DNA of 64,000 nucleotides from Amoeboaphelidium occidentale (Eukaryota): NCBI GenBank assembly GCA_023515795.1, contig JALGPX010000055.1, positions 1 to 64,000 of the forward strand, read 5' to 3'. Shown piece by piece: positions 32,849 to 43,178 of this stretch (position 1 is its first letter; each line of letters starts with the position of its first letter). The notes under the pieces were generated by a model. It saw only the letters and a program-made list of their open reading frames with translations, ran no database searches and was not told where the DNA came from. The position numbers and the translations under genes were made by a program.

Positions 32849-33077
32849 GTTGTTCGACTGTGATAACGTTGAAGAAATAAGAAATGTGAGAGTGTTGAAA
32901 CCATGCAACTTGATTCGCCAAGAGTGAACACAAGGAATCCAGCTTTTCTTTTACAGCGGATATTAAAAAATTCAATGAAAAAAATTAACGTCGCATTCAT
33001 GTAAGAGACCTGCTTTATAAATATCGACGAGCTCTTTATTAAAATAGACCATTTCCGAGTTATACCTAGATTTTAGA

Positions 33078-33977
33078 TCAAGCACTGAAGGCTAACTCAA
33101 GGAATTGCTCGTAATTCATATTAGCCCATCCATTCCTTTGTGTATCGTATTTCTGGAAGCCTTCGGTTAATGTCTTGAAACTTACACAGCATCGAATGAA
33201 GTCAGGAAAGGTGATCGCATTGGAATTGTTTACATCGTATTTCTTGACAACCATTAAGCAAAGTTTATCACTGACATTGTAACCAAATTGTTTCAATGCG
33301 TTGCGCATTTCATTAGCATCAATTGTACCGGAACCATCCTTATCAAACTTTGCAAAGGTACCCTTCCAGTCGTTAATGTATTTGATAAGACATTTGAAGG
33401 CTTCAAAGTCGATATAACCTCTGTTTTGAGTATCAAAAGTTGTAAGCATCAATTTAACTGTCTGCGCATTAAATGGGGGCGTGTACTGAGACAAAGCGAG
33501 TTGAAGTTCATGAAATTCCAGCTTGCCTGTCCTGTTCGAATCAGCCATATTGAACCATTGTAAAGTCGGATCTCCAGGTGCTTGGGCAGGAGGTTGTACA
33601 GGAGCAGTGCTTCCATAAGGGCTAGTCTGAGCAGGATAACTGCCATAAGGCTGTTGTGGTTGCTGTGCAGGAGGATAAGCAGGTGGTGCTTGACCTGGAG
33701 CAGCTGTTAGAGGCGGTTGACCGTAAGGGGCTGCAGAAGGAGGAGGAGGGCCAGAGGGATTATAAGGTGCTTGTCCGTACGGAGGCTGATTGTATGAACC
33801 ATATGGACCTGGTTGTTGCTGAGGTGGCGGTGCTTGTTGCGGAGGAGGAGCTTGTCCATAAGGCGCTTGTTGAAGATGAGGAGGAACTCCATAAGGTGAT
33901 GCTCCACCATAAGGACTCTGATTTGCAGTTGGCTGCGGTGGGCGATTATTCTGTTGACCTTGCTGGTATGGGTACAT
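33078..33977 (-). CDS. Penta-EF-hand protein (peflin/Pef1/ALG-2 family)
   Basis: Pro/Gln/Tyr/Gly-rich N-terminus, EF hands DSNRTGKL and DKDGSGTID, C-terminal KYDT.RNG...NYEQFL. Confidence 0.92.
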   Translation of the reverse strand: MYPYQQGQQNNRPPQPTANQSPYGGASPYGVPPHLQQAPYGQAPPPQQAPPPQQQPGPYGSYNQPPYGQAPYNPSGPPPPSAAPYGQPPLTAAPGQAPPAYPPAQQPQQPYGSYPAQTSPYGSTAPVQPPAQAPGDPTLQWFNMADSNRTGKLEFHELQLALSQYTPPFNAQTVKLMLTTFDTQNRGYIDFEAFKCLIKYINDWKGTFAKFDKDGSGTIDANEMRNALKQFGYNVSDKLCLMVVKKYDVNNSNAITFPDFIRCCVSFKTLTEGFQKYDTQRNGWANMNYEQFLELAFSA

Positions 33978-34019
33978 GATAACAATGTCACTGATCAGAA
34001 AAATTTAAGCCAAAGGAAT

Positions 34020-35321
34020 CTATTTACAAGCCAAAAACATCATAACATATCGAGCAACAACATTTGAATATTGAAAAGCCGCCCAGCGGTCTTTAATCGA
34101 CACGTTAGTACTTCCTTTAGGATTGCACACACGAGATGATTTCCTTCGAACATTCAATTGCATTTGTGTGATCATTCGGTGCCAATAGTCTTCGTAATCA
34201 GTAATCTTACAGTTTCCCTTTTGAAATACTCTTGCCCTCTTTATCTCATCAGGTTGTATTGTCCATGAGGCAAATCGTTCCATGTTCAAACCGAACTTTG
34301 TTACCTCCGTTTCAGCTAGCGTTTCTTTTGCGGTAACATCGCCAGGCCATGCAGAAAAAGAATCGAGTAAAGGTATTTCCAAATCGAATAGTACAATTTC
34401 TGTATCTGCATAATAGTGAAACTTCGCGGAGAATAATTGAAACAGTGTGGCTACAATCGCTATCTCTAAGAATTCGCTCGTGGAGACGATGTAGTCTCTT
34501 GCAGGGTCTGAGCAGTAAGCAATGTGGCGATTAATTACATCAGCGAGCTTCAGCTCTGTCGTTTCGTGGATATTATCTTCATTCGACAATAGTTCGTCCT
34601 TGTTTGAACGAGGCTTCAGAATTTCTTGTAATGCGTGGCTGTGTATCCCAACTTCTAAAACACGAGGAATGTCTTGATGCTTCAGTATCATTGCACGATA
34701 AGCCTTTCTTGTTCCCAACGATTTCGAAAATTCCTGTCTCAATTCCCAAACATCGACGCTGTCCCTGAGTAAATCCATATCATAATTCTTTCGAAGATAA
34801 AGCAAGAATTCATCGATATGTATCACCAGCCCAGGATCTATAAGTAATTGTAGGAAAATTGGATGTAATTTCGATAATTCCCCGTAAGCTTTAACGCCTA
34901 TTGATCCAAAGCGCTTGCGCACACTTTCTTCCAGTTGTTTCTTGTTTGTAGGTAGATATTGCAACGCGAGATATTTCAGGATATCAACTCTTGAAGGTTT
35001 CCTTTGAAAGAATTCTTGCCATTCAAGATCAAAGCTATTAGAATCAATGTGCACTTGAGTTTCCCTTTGGATCCCATCATTAACAGCCAGCAAGCTTTCC
35101 GGAACAGGTACCAAATGTTCATTTAGCCGTCTTCTGTGGTCTATCTGCTTTCTGACAAAATCTACACGTGATGCTTCGCGAATTATCGAGTTCTTAGGAA
35201 CTGTACAACGCCTGCTCCAACTGTTACAGCGAGACATAGTAGAAAGAGCGCCATATACAGGTGATATGGTATTTAGAGAAATAGTTAGTAAAGTAGCAAA
35301 GATTTTCAGAGACAGTCTCAT
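34020..35321 (-). CDS. Secreted protein, putative R-S-E (cholera/pertussis-like) ADP-ribosyltransferase
   Basis: Signal peptide; KAYRAM (R209), INRHIA (H266), YIVSTS (S280-T-S282), NMERFASWTIQPDEIKR (E348). Confidence 0.6.
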   Translation of the reverse strand: MRLSLKIFATLLTISLNTISPVYGALSTMSRCNSWSRRCTVPKNSIIREASRVDFVRKQIDHRRRLNEHLVPVPESLLAVNDGIQRETQVHIDSNSFDLEWQEFFQRKPSRVDILKYLALQYLPTNKKQLEESVRKRFGSIGVKAYGELSKLHPIFLQLLIDPGLVIHIDEFLLYLRKNYDMDLLRDSVDVWELRQEFSKSLGTRKAYRAMILKHQDIPRVLEVGIHSHALQEILKPRSNKDELLSNEDNIHETTELKLADVINRHIAYCSDPARDYIVSTSEFLEIAIVATLFQLFSAKFHYYADTEIVLFDLEIPLLDSFSAWPGDVTAKETLAETEVTKFGLNMERFASWTIQPDEIKRARVFQKGNCKITDYEDYWHRMITQMQLNVRRKSSRVCNPKGSTNVSIKDRWAAFQYSNVVARYVMMFLACK

Positions 35322-35383
35322 GGGTAAATTCTGTGATCAAAAAGATACAAAGGGTTTCTAGGGGAACTTGATCGCTTAGCCCC

Positions 35384-35390
35384 TTATATA
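35384..35390 (-). promoter_or_regulatory. TATA box (TATATAA) about 63 nt upstream of the putative toxin ATG
   Basis: Minus-strand caaTATATAAgggg. Confidence 0.5.
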
Positions 35391-35888
35391 TTGCGACCTT
35401 CTCTTCGAAACTTGGGATCTTGTTGTTTCGTACTAAAGATCATCTTGTTGGTAGTGAAACAACAGCTGCAGTGCTTGTCCTAACTTCGAAACACTTGATC
35501 CCTAGGTGCTGATTGAAATCATAACATCAGATACTTCGATATACCATCATGGCACAAATTCCGATAGTTTTTCTTTGAAATTTTCTGTTCAGTTGCCGTC
35601 GGAAGTCGTTTTGGGTTTGCTGGAAAATACGTCACGTGGCGCCTTCTGTTGTTCGCCAACGATTGGGCTGAAATCGTTTCTTCATTAGAGTCAACACACA
35701 ACTTCAACACACTAAAGCGTTAGCCCTCCCCTATCCCTTTCCTTTGTCTGTTCTTTGATATCAGAGAAGGATCTTTCCACCTATTACAGCACACTCAATA
35801 TCATCCTCTATATCAATCAAATCATTACCACACTGTGTTTTGATCAACACTCCCTATACAAAGCAAGCAACAAGAAGATTTAGAGCAA

Positions 35889-37988
35889 ATGGATACTTCT
35901 GGTAGATATCAAAATCAACAGACTTCAGCTGGATCACAAGTATCAGGTTTAGGTCAAGCGACAAGAGCCAAATCAAGAAAGGGTCAACAAGCAAATCACT
36001 TACTTCAGTTTACGTTACCTCCTCGTCCTAAGCCACAACCTACTCGACGATATCAGAGCAACACATCATCTTATACACCGTACAACAAGGAGAGATTTGT
36101 TCATGCCAACTTTAGATTTGTGATATCTTGCCAGCAGGACATTTACTCTTTGGACCCAGATGCTGTTGTGCCTTGGCAGCACGTTGAGCAAGTTATCATG
36201 CCTACTAGATTGTCGACTGAACATCAGTGTCCAATTTGTCTTTATCCTCCTGTTGCTGCTCAAATGGGTCGTTGTGGTCACGTGTTGTGTTATGGTTGTG
36301 CATTACATTACCTCTCCATGTCTGAGAAGCCAATGAGATCTTGTCCCTTGTGCAGCGAAAGAATCTCTATTGGTGACTTGCGAAGTGTCTTGTTTTGGTC
36401 TGTGAAGGATTACATGGCGAAATCTGATCAGAACGGTCATGCTGTGCCTTCTACTTCCACTGAGCGTGCTGGTTCGGATTACATGGTGATGAAGCTTATG
36501 CAAAGATCTAATCAGTCTCTCACCACTTTACCTCGTTATGCGTTTCAGAATTTTACTAAAACCTTGCCCTCTATGAAATCCTTGCCAGTTGTTCATGGCT
36601 CTTCTACTGAAGATATGATGCTGTTCACATTTGCAAAGATCATGTTGGCTTCTCCAGAGTATATTCTTAACGAGATTATTACAAAGGAGATGGTGATTTT
36701 GAGTTCAAATATCGAAGAAGCGAAACGAAGCGGAGACTCAGAAGAAATATCATACCTTGAGATGGCCATGGAAAGAGTAAAAGCCAGGGAAAAGGCATTG
36801 TATTCAAAAAGTCCAAAGTTGAAGGCAGTTTCTCCTATTCCTTTTGGGAAAACTCAAAAGAAGGAAGCTCAAAGTGTGCCAAATGAAGATATTCTTTTGG
36901 ATGACTTCCAGTTGGTACCGGCAATTGTTGGCGAAGATCCATTTTCTGATATTACACATGATGAGACTTCTTCTAGTGCAATTTCCGAAGAAAGCAGCTC
37001 AGAAGATGAAAAGAAGCCTGATGCTTTAGTTTGTCAAGTGGCTACCGAAGAGGAATTGAAGGTTGTTGGATCTGATTTGAAGCTGTTATCTTCTTCACCA
37101 ATAACGCCATTTGACGGTATGTACTATTTCTATCAGTCTGCCGATGGCCAACCTATTTATTTACATCCTTTGGACGTGAAGATTTTAAAGTCTGAATACT
37201 CTTCCTATTCAAACTTTCCTGATGAGATTTGTGTCAAAGTTTCTACAATTACAGATTCTATCTTGACGGAAGATCTCAGAAAACGTTACAAGTATTTGTG
37301 TCATTTGCCATTATCCATAGAATTGTCGTTTGTTGAAATCGACTGGGGTTTATCTCAGAATGGAAAACATGTTGCAACAAAGAATAATGTTTGCAGAAAA
37401 TCCGTTACTTTGTCTAATGCTGTATCACCGTTGGGATCTCCGTCCTTGTTTACTGGTAAAGCAGGCCAAGAGAAGTTTGAGTCACAGCCACTTATTAGCG
37501 AGGCATCCATTAGACAATGGCAATCTGAAATCAAATTCAGAATGAGTAAGCATGTAAAGAAGGCGAAAAAAGAAGAAAGAGAAGCAAGAAAGAGTAAATC
37601 TAAAGGCGGTCTCGTGTCTGAGAACACATCATCAACTTTGCCAATTGCAATTCCATCATTCCGAGAAAGTTCGCAAGAAGATGTATTCAACTTTGAAGAT
37701 GAAAATTTATGGCCAAAAACTCCTGTTACTACTCAGACGTTGCCGAGTACTTTGAATGCAGGCGGATCATCAGCGTCCAAAGTATTGTCTACGAGTCCTG
37801 GAACAACTGAAATGGATATCACCGGCCAGAGCCCAATGTCTTTTGCTGCTGTATTAAGATCAAAAGAACCCATCAGTCTGACGCAACAAATACAAGCTGC
37901 TAAAGCAGAGTCTGAAGTTTCAGTTGGCCCAAAGAGAAAAGGCAAGAGAAAACCAGTTGTTGTTTTGATGTCCAGTGGAGGTCGCTAG
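35889..37988 (+). CDS. RING finger E3 ligase Mag2/RNF10 family
   Basis: NHLLQFTLPPR, KERFVHANFRFV, CPICLYPPVAAQMGRCGHVLC..C...CPLC, YYFYQSADGQ.IYLHPLD, LRKRYKYLCHLP. Confidence 0.9.
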   Translation: MDTSGRYQNQQTSAGSQVSGLGQATRAKSRKGQQANHLLQFTLPPRPKPQPTRRYQSNTSSYTPYNKERFVHANFRFVISCQQDIYSLDPDAVVPWQHVEQVIMPTRLSTEHQCPICLYPPVAAQMGRCGHVLCYGCALHYLSMSEKPMRSCPLCSERISIGDLRSVLFWSVKDYMAKSDQNGHAVPSTSTERAGSDYMVMKLMQRSNQSLTTLPRYAFQNFTKTLPSMKSLPVVHGSSTEDMMLFTFAKIMLASPEYILNEIITKEMVILSSNIEEAKRSGDSEEISYLEMAMERVKAREKALYSKSPKLKAVSPIPFGKTQKKEAQSVPNEDILLDDFQLVPAIVGEDPFSDITHDETSSSAISEESSSEDEKKPDALVCQVATEEELKVVGSDLKLLSSSPITPFDGMYYFYQSADGQPIYLHPLDVKILKSEYSSYSNFPDEICVKVSTITDSILTEDLRKRYKYLCHLPLSIELSFVEIDWGLSQNGKHVATKNNVCRKSVTLSNAVSPLGSPSLFTGKAGQEKFESQPLISEASIRQWQSEIKFRMSKHVKKAKKEEREARKSKSKGGLVSENTSSTLPIAIPSFRESSQEDVFNFEDENLWPKTPVTTQTLPSTLNAGGSSASKVLSTSPGTTEMDITGQSPMSFAAVLRSKEPISLTQQIQAAKAESEVSVGPKRKGKRKPVVVLMSSGGR

Positions 37989-38070
37989 TCTTTACAGTCT
38001 ATCTTGTTTGTTTTTTATAGAATACGAGACTAAATATATTCCTTTGTGGTTGACTTCTGTTCGTCGTATT

Positions 38071-38154
38071 TTCTCGATCCTTCGATTCCAATCAAGCGAA
38101 CCTTATTGATTTTTCGCGGGATTTCGGTCGCATTCGCTAGCTGCAACATAAAAG
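38071..38154 (+). promoter_or_regulatory. Heat-shock elements plus TATA-like box upstream of the small HSP
   Basis: TTCtcGATccTTC 38071-38083; TTCG at 38113, 38123, 38133 (step-type HSE spacing); CATAAAAG at 38147. Confidence 0.6.
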
Positions 38155-38202
38155 CGCGATTCTGGCCCAACAAAATTTTATTCAAAGTAAACAAGAAATA
38201 CA

Positions 38203-38655
38203 ATGAGCTTAATAAGAAACATTGAAGGAAACGATTTCTTTGCACCGTTACAATTACACCAAAGATTAGGAAGATTATTGCAAGACTTTGAAACCGAGAC
38301 TGGCTTGTCAAGACCTGCAAATACTTTGGATTTGTATCCATCCTTGGATGTTCATGATGGAGAAAAGCAAATTACTGTCAGAGCTGATTTGCCTGGCATG
38401 AAGAAGGAAGATATTAAAATTGACTTGCACGATCAGAAGCTGGTCATCTGGGGCGAGTCTAAGGATGCTAAAGAGTACGAAGAAAAGGGCTGGAAAGTAC
38501 GCGAACGTTCATTTGGTAAATTCGAACGTTCAATCTTGTTGCCAAAAGGAATCGATGATCAGAACGTTCTAGCTTCCTATGAAAACGGCGTTCTAGAAGT
38601 CAAAATTGGCAAGAAGGCTGAGGCAGCTGCAAGAAAAAGTATTACTATCCACTAA
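38203..38655 (+). CDS. Small heat shock protein (Hsp20/alpha-crystallin)
   Basis: PSLDVH...ADLPGMKKEDI, RERSFGKFERSILLP, ASYENGVLEV, I.I C-terminal motif. Confidence 0.95.
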   Translation: MSLIRNIEGNDFFAPLQLHQRLGRLLQDFETETGLSRPANTLDLYPSLDVHDGEKQITVRADLPGMKKEDIKIDLHDQKLVIWGESKDAKEYEEKGWKVRERSFGKFERSILLPKGIDDQNVLASYENGVLEVKIGKKAEAAARKSITIH

Positions 38656-38723
38656 ACACTTTCTAATGAGTGTCCTATAAATAAACTTTTACTATTTTTT
38701 GGAACATAACTCTTATCATCAGA

Positions 38724-40388
38724 ATGTCATCATCTGTGCCAAATACGCCAACAACTACAACTAATCACAATAGTCGGACTCTTGTAGAAACAACCCACGG
38801 CATTAAAGAAGCAGCCAAGAATCTACAGAAGTTGACTTTCCACTGGGATTCTCCTAAACAAATTGTGATAGTTACAAAGCCTGATGATTCTTTGATGGAC
38901 AAGGTTCAAGATCTGCTAAACTATCTTGCCACATACAATCTGATTATTTACTTGGAAGATCAGTTGTATCCTTTACTCAAGCTTACGAGTAATCCTAAAC
39001 CTTTTAAAGCAGGGCAAGCTGAAATACGAGCATGGAATGCTTATCAAATACGATCGAACATGTCATGCGCTTTATCAGCTTCGATTTCAATGACACCCAA
39101 TGCAGATGGTCAGCCTGGGTCATTGTCGTTTTATTCTTTGCCAAGGATGCAGAGCTCAAGTGCTGCCGCAGTTGCTGCTGATAAGTCAGAACGGCCTTCA
39201 AAATCAGTATCGTTTCAAGGTTTGGATCAACAAGCATGTGCCACAGAGGCGCAGTCTATAATTGATTCAATTGAAACTTTCGTGTTTAACCCTGAAGACA
39301 TCGATTTGGTTATAACGCTTGGGGGAGATGGAACTGTGCTTTTTGCTTCGTGGTTATTTCAAACGATTGTTCCTCCTTTGCTTCCGCTGCATCTTGGTAC
39401 TTTGGGTTTCTTGACAGTATTCGATTTCAACCGATATCAGGAAGTTCTTGATAAAGTTCTAAGGAGGATTAAGGATGCAGGTGTTCCGAATGGAGCAGCA
39501 CACACCATCCCAGCACAGCAGACAAATCATGCGACAAATGGTTCAGTTGGACGAAGAACTGGCTCATTTATTGCTAGGAAAGTTACAATGCACGGAGAAA
39601 AGTCTGCCCCGACTATTAGCTCTTCTACTTTGCCTCTGAGTGAACAGGGCGTGCGCATTTCTTTAAGAATGCGTTTTACTTGCGCTATTTATCGTTCGAA
39701 AACTATTTTAAAGTCTGCTGCTCCTTACTGTTTCAATCCGACTTACTTTGCAGAGAAGAAATCTGCTGATAATCTGAATACAACTGAGAATAAGGAAATT
39801 AATGATAAGAACATAATTATGGCACCAGAACCTGATGATGTATTTCAAGTGCTTAATGATGTCGTTGTTGATCGAGGACCTTCGCCGTATATGGCTTCCT
39901 TAGAAGTTTTTGGTGATGGAAAACATTTGACTACTGTTCAGGCTGATGGTCTTTTGGTTTCTACGCCTACTGGTAGTACTGCGTACTCCCTTTCAGCAGG
40001 AGGCTCTCTTGTTCATCCAGAAGTTCCTGCTATTCTACTCACTCCTGTTTGCCCACATACGCTTTCTTTCAGGCCAATGCTACTACCAGACTCTATGGAG
40101 TTAAAAATTGTTGTTCCCACAGATGCAAGAGCTATGGCTTTTGTATCATTCGATGGCAGGCATAGAGTGCCATTGCAACAAGGAGATGCTTTAGTTGTTA
40201 CATCTTCAATTTATCCTGTTCCTACTCTTTGCCTTTATGATCAAACAAAAGACTGGTTTGATAGCCTTGGAAGATGTTTACGTTGGAATGAAAGAGCTAT
40301 TAGGCAAAAGAGCTTCGTATGGGGAAAAGGTATCGTTGAACGAAACGAGGAGGACTCTGCTGACACTCATTATCCGTGGGATAGTTAA
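38724..40388 (+). CDS. ATP-NAD(H) kinase (Utr1/Yef1-like)
   Basis: ITLGGDGTVL, VLNDVVVDRGPS, DGLLVSTPTGSTAYSLSAGG, TPVCPHTLSFRP. Confidence 0.95.
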   Translation: MSSSVPNTPTTTTNHNSRTLVETTHGIKEAAKNLQKLTFHWDSPKQIVIVTKPDDSLMDKVQDLLNYLATYNLIIYLEDQLYPLLKLTSNPKPFKAGQAEIRAWNAYQIRSNMSCALSASISMTPNADGQPGSLSFYSLPRMQSSSAAAVAADKSERPSKSVSFQGLDQQACATEAQSIIDSIETFVFNPEDIDLVITLGGDGTVLFASWLFQTIVPPLLPLHLGTLGFLTVFDFNRYQEVLDKVLRRIKDAGVPNGAAHTIPAQQTNHATNGSVGRRTGSFIARKVTMHGEKSAPTISSSTLPLSEQGVRISLRMRFTCAIYRSKTILKSAAPYCFNPTYFAEKKSADNLNTTENKEINDKNIIMAPEPDDVFQVLNDVVVDRGPSPYMASLEVFGDGKHLTTVQADGLLVSTPTGSTAYSLSAGGSLVHPEVPAILLTPVCPHTLSFRPMLLPDSMELKIVVPTDARAMAFVSFDGRHRVPLQQGDALVVTSSIYPVPTLCLYDQTKDWFDSLGRCLRWNERAIRQKSFVWGKGIVERNEEDSADTHYPWDS

Positions 40389-41199
40389 ATAGAATTTTTA
40401 ATTGCGAGCCTGGAGCTTTAGCGAAAGGCGATGCTGATAAGCTTAGGGACACGAATAAAAAAATCCGTGCGTGCGTGCGGCCCACTTCATGATGACATGT
40501 CACTTTTTAAATTTCAACTTGGACATCAATTAATTATTGGTTTCATCATGTTTAAATGCTTCAAACAGTCTTCTTGCAATTTCTTAAGTTTTCATTGTTG
40601 TTACATGAACAATCAATCTGCTGAAACATCAGTATTCGAGAATCAAGCAGATATCGGCCGAAAGGCTCCGAGAAAAAGAATAAATATAAGAATGGCACTT
40701 TTATTCTATTCGAAGAATATCAAAAGAACCTTTGTTCTATTCCTAATATTGTGAATAGTTTGAATGAAACAAAGTACCACATAATTCTTCATGTGACAAT
40801 ACCGGATCGCATTACTTTTTACTAAAATGGCAATTACCTATGGCACAGAGTATGCTTAACACCAAGTTAAACTTATTCCTAGAGATATCGTTCGAACTTA
40901 ACGTGATCAAGGTGATCAAGCCGTGATATTGAAGGAATCTTTAAGTAGTTATAGAAGGGAAATTAAGACTTCAACAAATGGAAATGGTGTCAAGTTTTTA
41001 CTCAGAATATTGTTACAGGTGTTATCTGCAACTTATCCTTATCATCTGGTGCACTTGGCAACCATTGCACCTGAGACTTACCGATTGGTAATTGCGCACG
41101 TTTTCAGACCACAGCCCTTGACTTTACCCAAAGGAATGGACAGAATATGTTGCTTCTAAAGTACTTGCTCCAGCTATAAGATTTTTAACGCTTGAAACT

Positions 41200-41340
41200 T
41201 CAAAAAACTGACTCTATGATATTGATAGTATTTACTATTCACTATTCTGAGAATAATGGTACAGAGGACTACCGGACCAATATTCTATTCTATTTAGAAT
41301 AAAGTCAATATTCTATTGAGATTATAATATTGGAGCCCTG
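41200..41340. mobile_element. Possible degenerate transposon terminus with AT-rich subterminal repeats
   Basis: Repeated TATTCT/AGAATA motifs, inverted CCAATATT..AATATTGG, ending GGAGCCCTG (reverse complement CAGGGCTCC) in an unusually long gene-poor interval. Confidence 0.25.
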
Positions 41341-41485
41341 ATTACTTGGAATGAAACCTTGGTTCGAATGGCACAATTAACTTAATAAACGCGTGTCTTC
41401 AGCTGATTCAGGCTTTGTTTGAATTAATTCAATTCACCCGGCGAGCAGTAAAGCCTTGCTTTATTTCTATCTTAATTCCTATTGA

Positions 41486-42199
41486 TTACCAAGGCAATTC
41501 ATATTGATCTCTGTGAATGAACTGACCAGATTTAAATTTGCATTCACCCTGCGGAACATTTACGAATTGATCGATAATTTCGTACAACTTTTCCACACAT
41601 TGCTTGGAATCCATGTCACCCTTACCAGAAGTCATATCAGTTTGAATGTAGCCAGGATGGATCAGCAATACAGGAACCTCTGGATGCTCAATTGAAAATG
41701 TTTTAGTCATTGCGTTCAATGCTGATTTTGAAGCTCTGTATCCGTAGCTTCTTCCGCTCGTATTATCACCAATAGAGCCCATTCTTGAAGTCATATTGAT
41801 AACACGAGGCTTATCAGATTTCAGCAAATTAGGCATTAATGCTCTGGTAGTGAATGTAGGACCAACAGCATTAACAAGGAACTCGTGGACAAGATCTTGA
41901 TGTTTCATATCTTCAAAGGCAGTGCGCAGATACACTCCAGCATTATTAATTAACAAATCGATTTTCTCATCTCCAACTTTCTTGCTTAATTCATTGATGG
42001 ACTGCTCTGAACCGACATCCAAATCAAAAACCTTTTCAGCCGTTGCTTTTAGCTCGGAAGCTTTGTCGGGATTTCTAGTGGTTGCCAAAACTTTCCACCC
42101 CTTTGCTTTGAATAGCTGCGCGTAAGCTAAACCGATACCACGATTTGCTCCGGTGATTAAAACTGTTCTTGCTGCTCCTGCTGAAGCGTTATTAGTCAT
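41486..42199 (-). CDS. Short-chain dehydrogenase/reductase, CsgA (C-factor)-like
   Basis: TGANRGIG, LINNAG, TSRMGSI.DN.SG..YGYRASKSALN, HPGYIQTDM. Confidence 0.93.
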   Translation of the reverse strand: MTNNASAGAARTVLITGANRGIGLAYAQLFKAKGWKVLATTRNPDKASELKATAEKVFDLDVGSEQSINELSKKVGDEKIDLLINNAGVYLRTAFEDMKHQDLVHEFLVNAVGPTFTTRALMPNLLKSDKPRVINMTSRMGSIGDNTSGRSYGYRASKSALNAMTKTFSIEHPEVPVLLIHPGYIQTDMTSGKGDMDSKQCVEKLYEIIDQFVNVPQGECKFKSGQFIHRDQYELPW

Positions 42200-42458
42200 T
42201 TCGTGCTTATGAAAGCTTGAAAGCGTGTGACGACATCGATCAATTTCGGTTCAGCGAAAGCCAAAAGCGCGTAATTCTTTCGAAACAATTATTAAATTGC
42301 TGTTGCTAACATGAAGATTCCATTAAAGGGATACTTCATCTAACTCATTTTTGAAATATCCATGGTGTGATGGAATTTCGAGATATCCATTTGATGTAAC
42401 ATTGCATGGACGAGAATCACGTGTAAGAACCTCCTTCCTCTGCAGATTTTTTAGCATA

Positions 42459-43124
42459 ATGAAGTATTTGCTAACTTTAGCCACTCTTAGCTTACCACTA
42501 TCTCTGTGCACGCCATTGTTTGGTCTCAAGGCTGCTGATTTTGTTGGTACCCAAGGTCTGCTCAGCGACAAGAACAATGCAGCCGATGTTCAAATTTCGT
42601 TCGCTCCCGGTGAAATGATCATAAGATCCTCTGATAACGGAGAGCCATTGAAAGAACTTGACGCTGATAAATATTGCGTCTACGCGCGCGAAAGTCAGCT
42701 ATCACAAGCCACTCTGGTGATTAATTCAGGTTTCACTGTTGTTTCAAATACTGGAAACGACACTGCGATCACATGGAAGGGCAAATTTGATGAAGGCGCG
42801 CTAGGAGGTAAAGACAAGGCAGGTTCAAGGAACTTTCTAGTTTACAATTGCAACAAAGTGGTCAACTTCTTCTCTGTTAAGCCGCTTTTCAAACCAGTTC
42901 CCGTAATTGACTATTTCACAGCAAAAGAAAAGGCTGAAAGCGAGACCGCTAAGAAGAAGGAATCCGAAAAGGGAAAACACGAGCACAAGAATGTCGAGAA
43001 GCAGGATACTGGCAAGACAACTGATAGCGAAGCACTGACAGCAACTAACGGTACTTCAACAGATAGCACGACAAAAGGAGGTAAAACTGAGTCAAAAGAG
43101 ACTGCGCTTGAAGACGCTCAATAA
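42459..43124 (+). CDS. Hypothetical secreted protein with charged Thr/Glu/Lys tail
   Basis: MKYLLTLATLSLPLSLC signal from first ATG 42459; beta-rich core with two Cys. Confidence 0.65.
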   Translation: MKYLLTLATLSLPLSLCTPLFGLKAADFVGTQGLLSDKNNAADVQISFAPGEMIIRSSDNGEPLKELDADKYCVYARESQLSQATLVINSGFTVVSNTGNDTAITWKGKFDEGALGGKDKAGSRNFLVYNCNKVVNFFSVKPLFKPVPVIDYFTAKEKAESETAKKKESEKGKHEHKNVEKQDTGKTTDSEALTATNGTSTDSTTKGGKTESKETALEDAQ

Positions 43125-43178
43125 ATTCCTTCATCTTATTCCTTTTTTCTCAGCCACGATAATCGTTACGTGCCAAAT

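Noticed and set aside
40444..41340. TAGGG...CCCTG as a complete hAT element
   Set aside because: Termini match only over about 4-5 nt and flanks show no 8-bp target duplication
41361..41369. GGTTCGAAT T-loop-like motif as a tRNA
   Set aside because: No T-stem closure or cloverleaf around it
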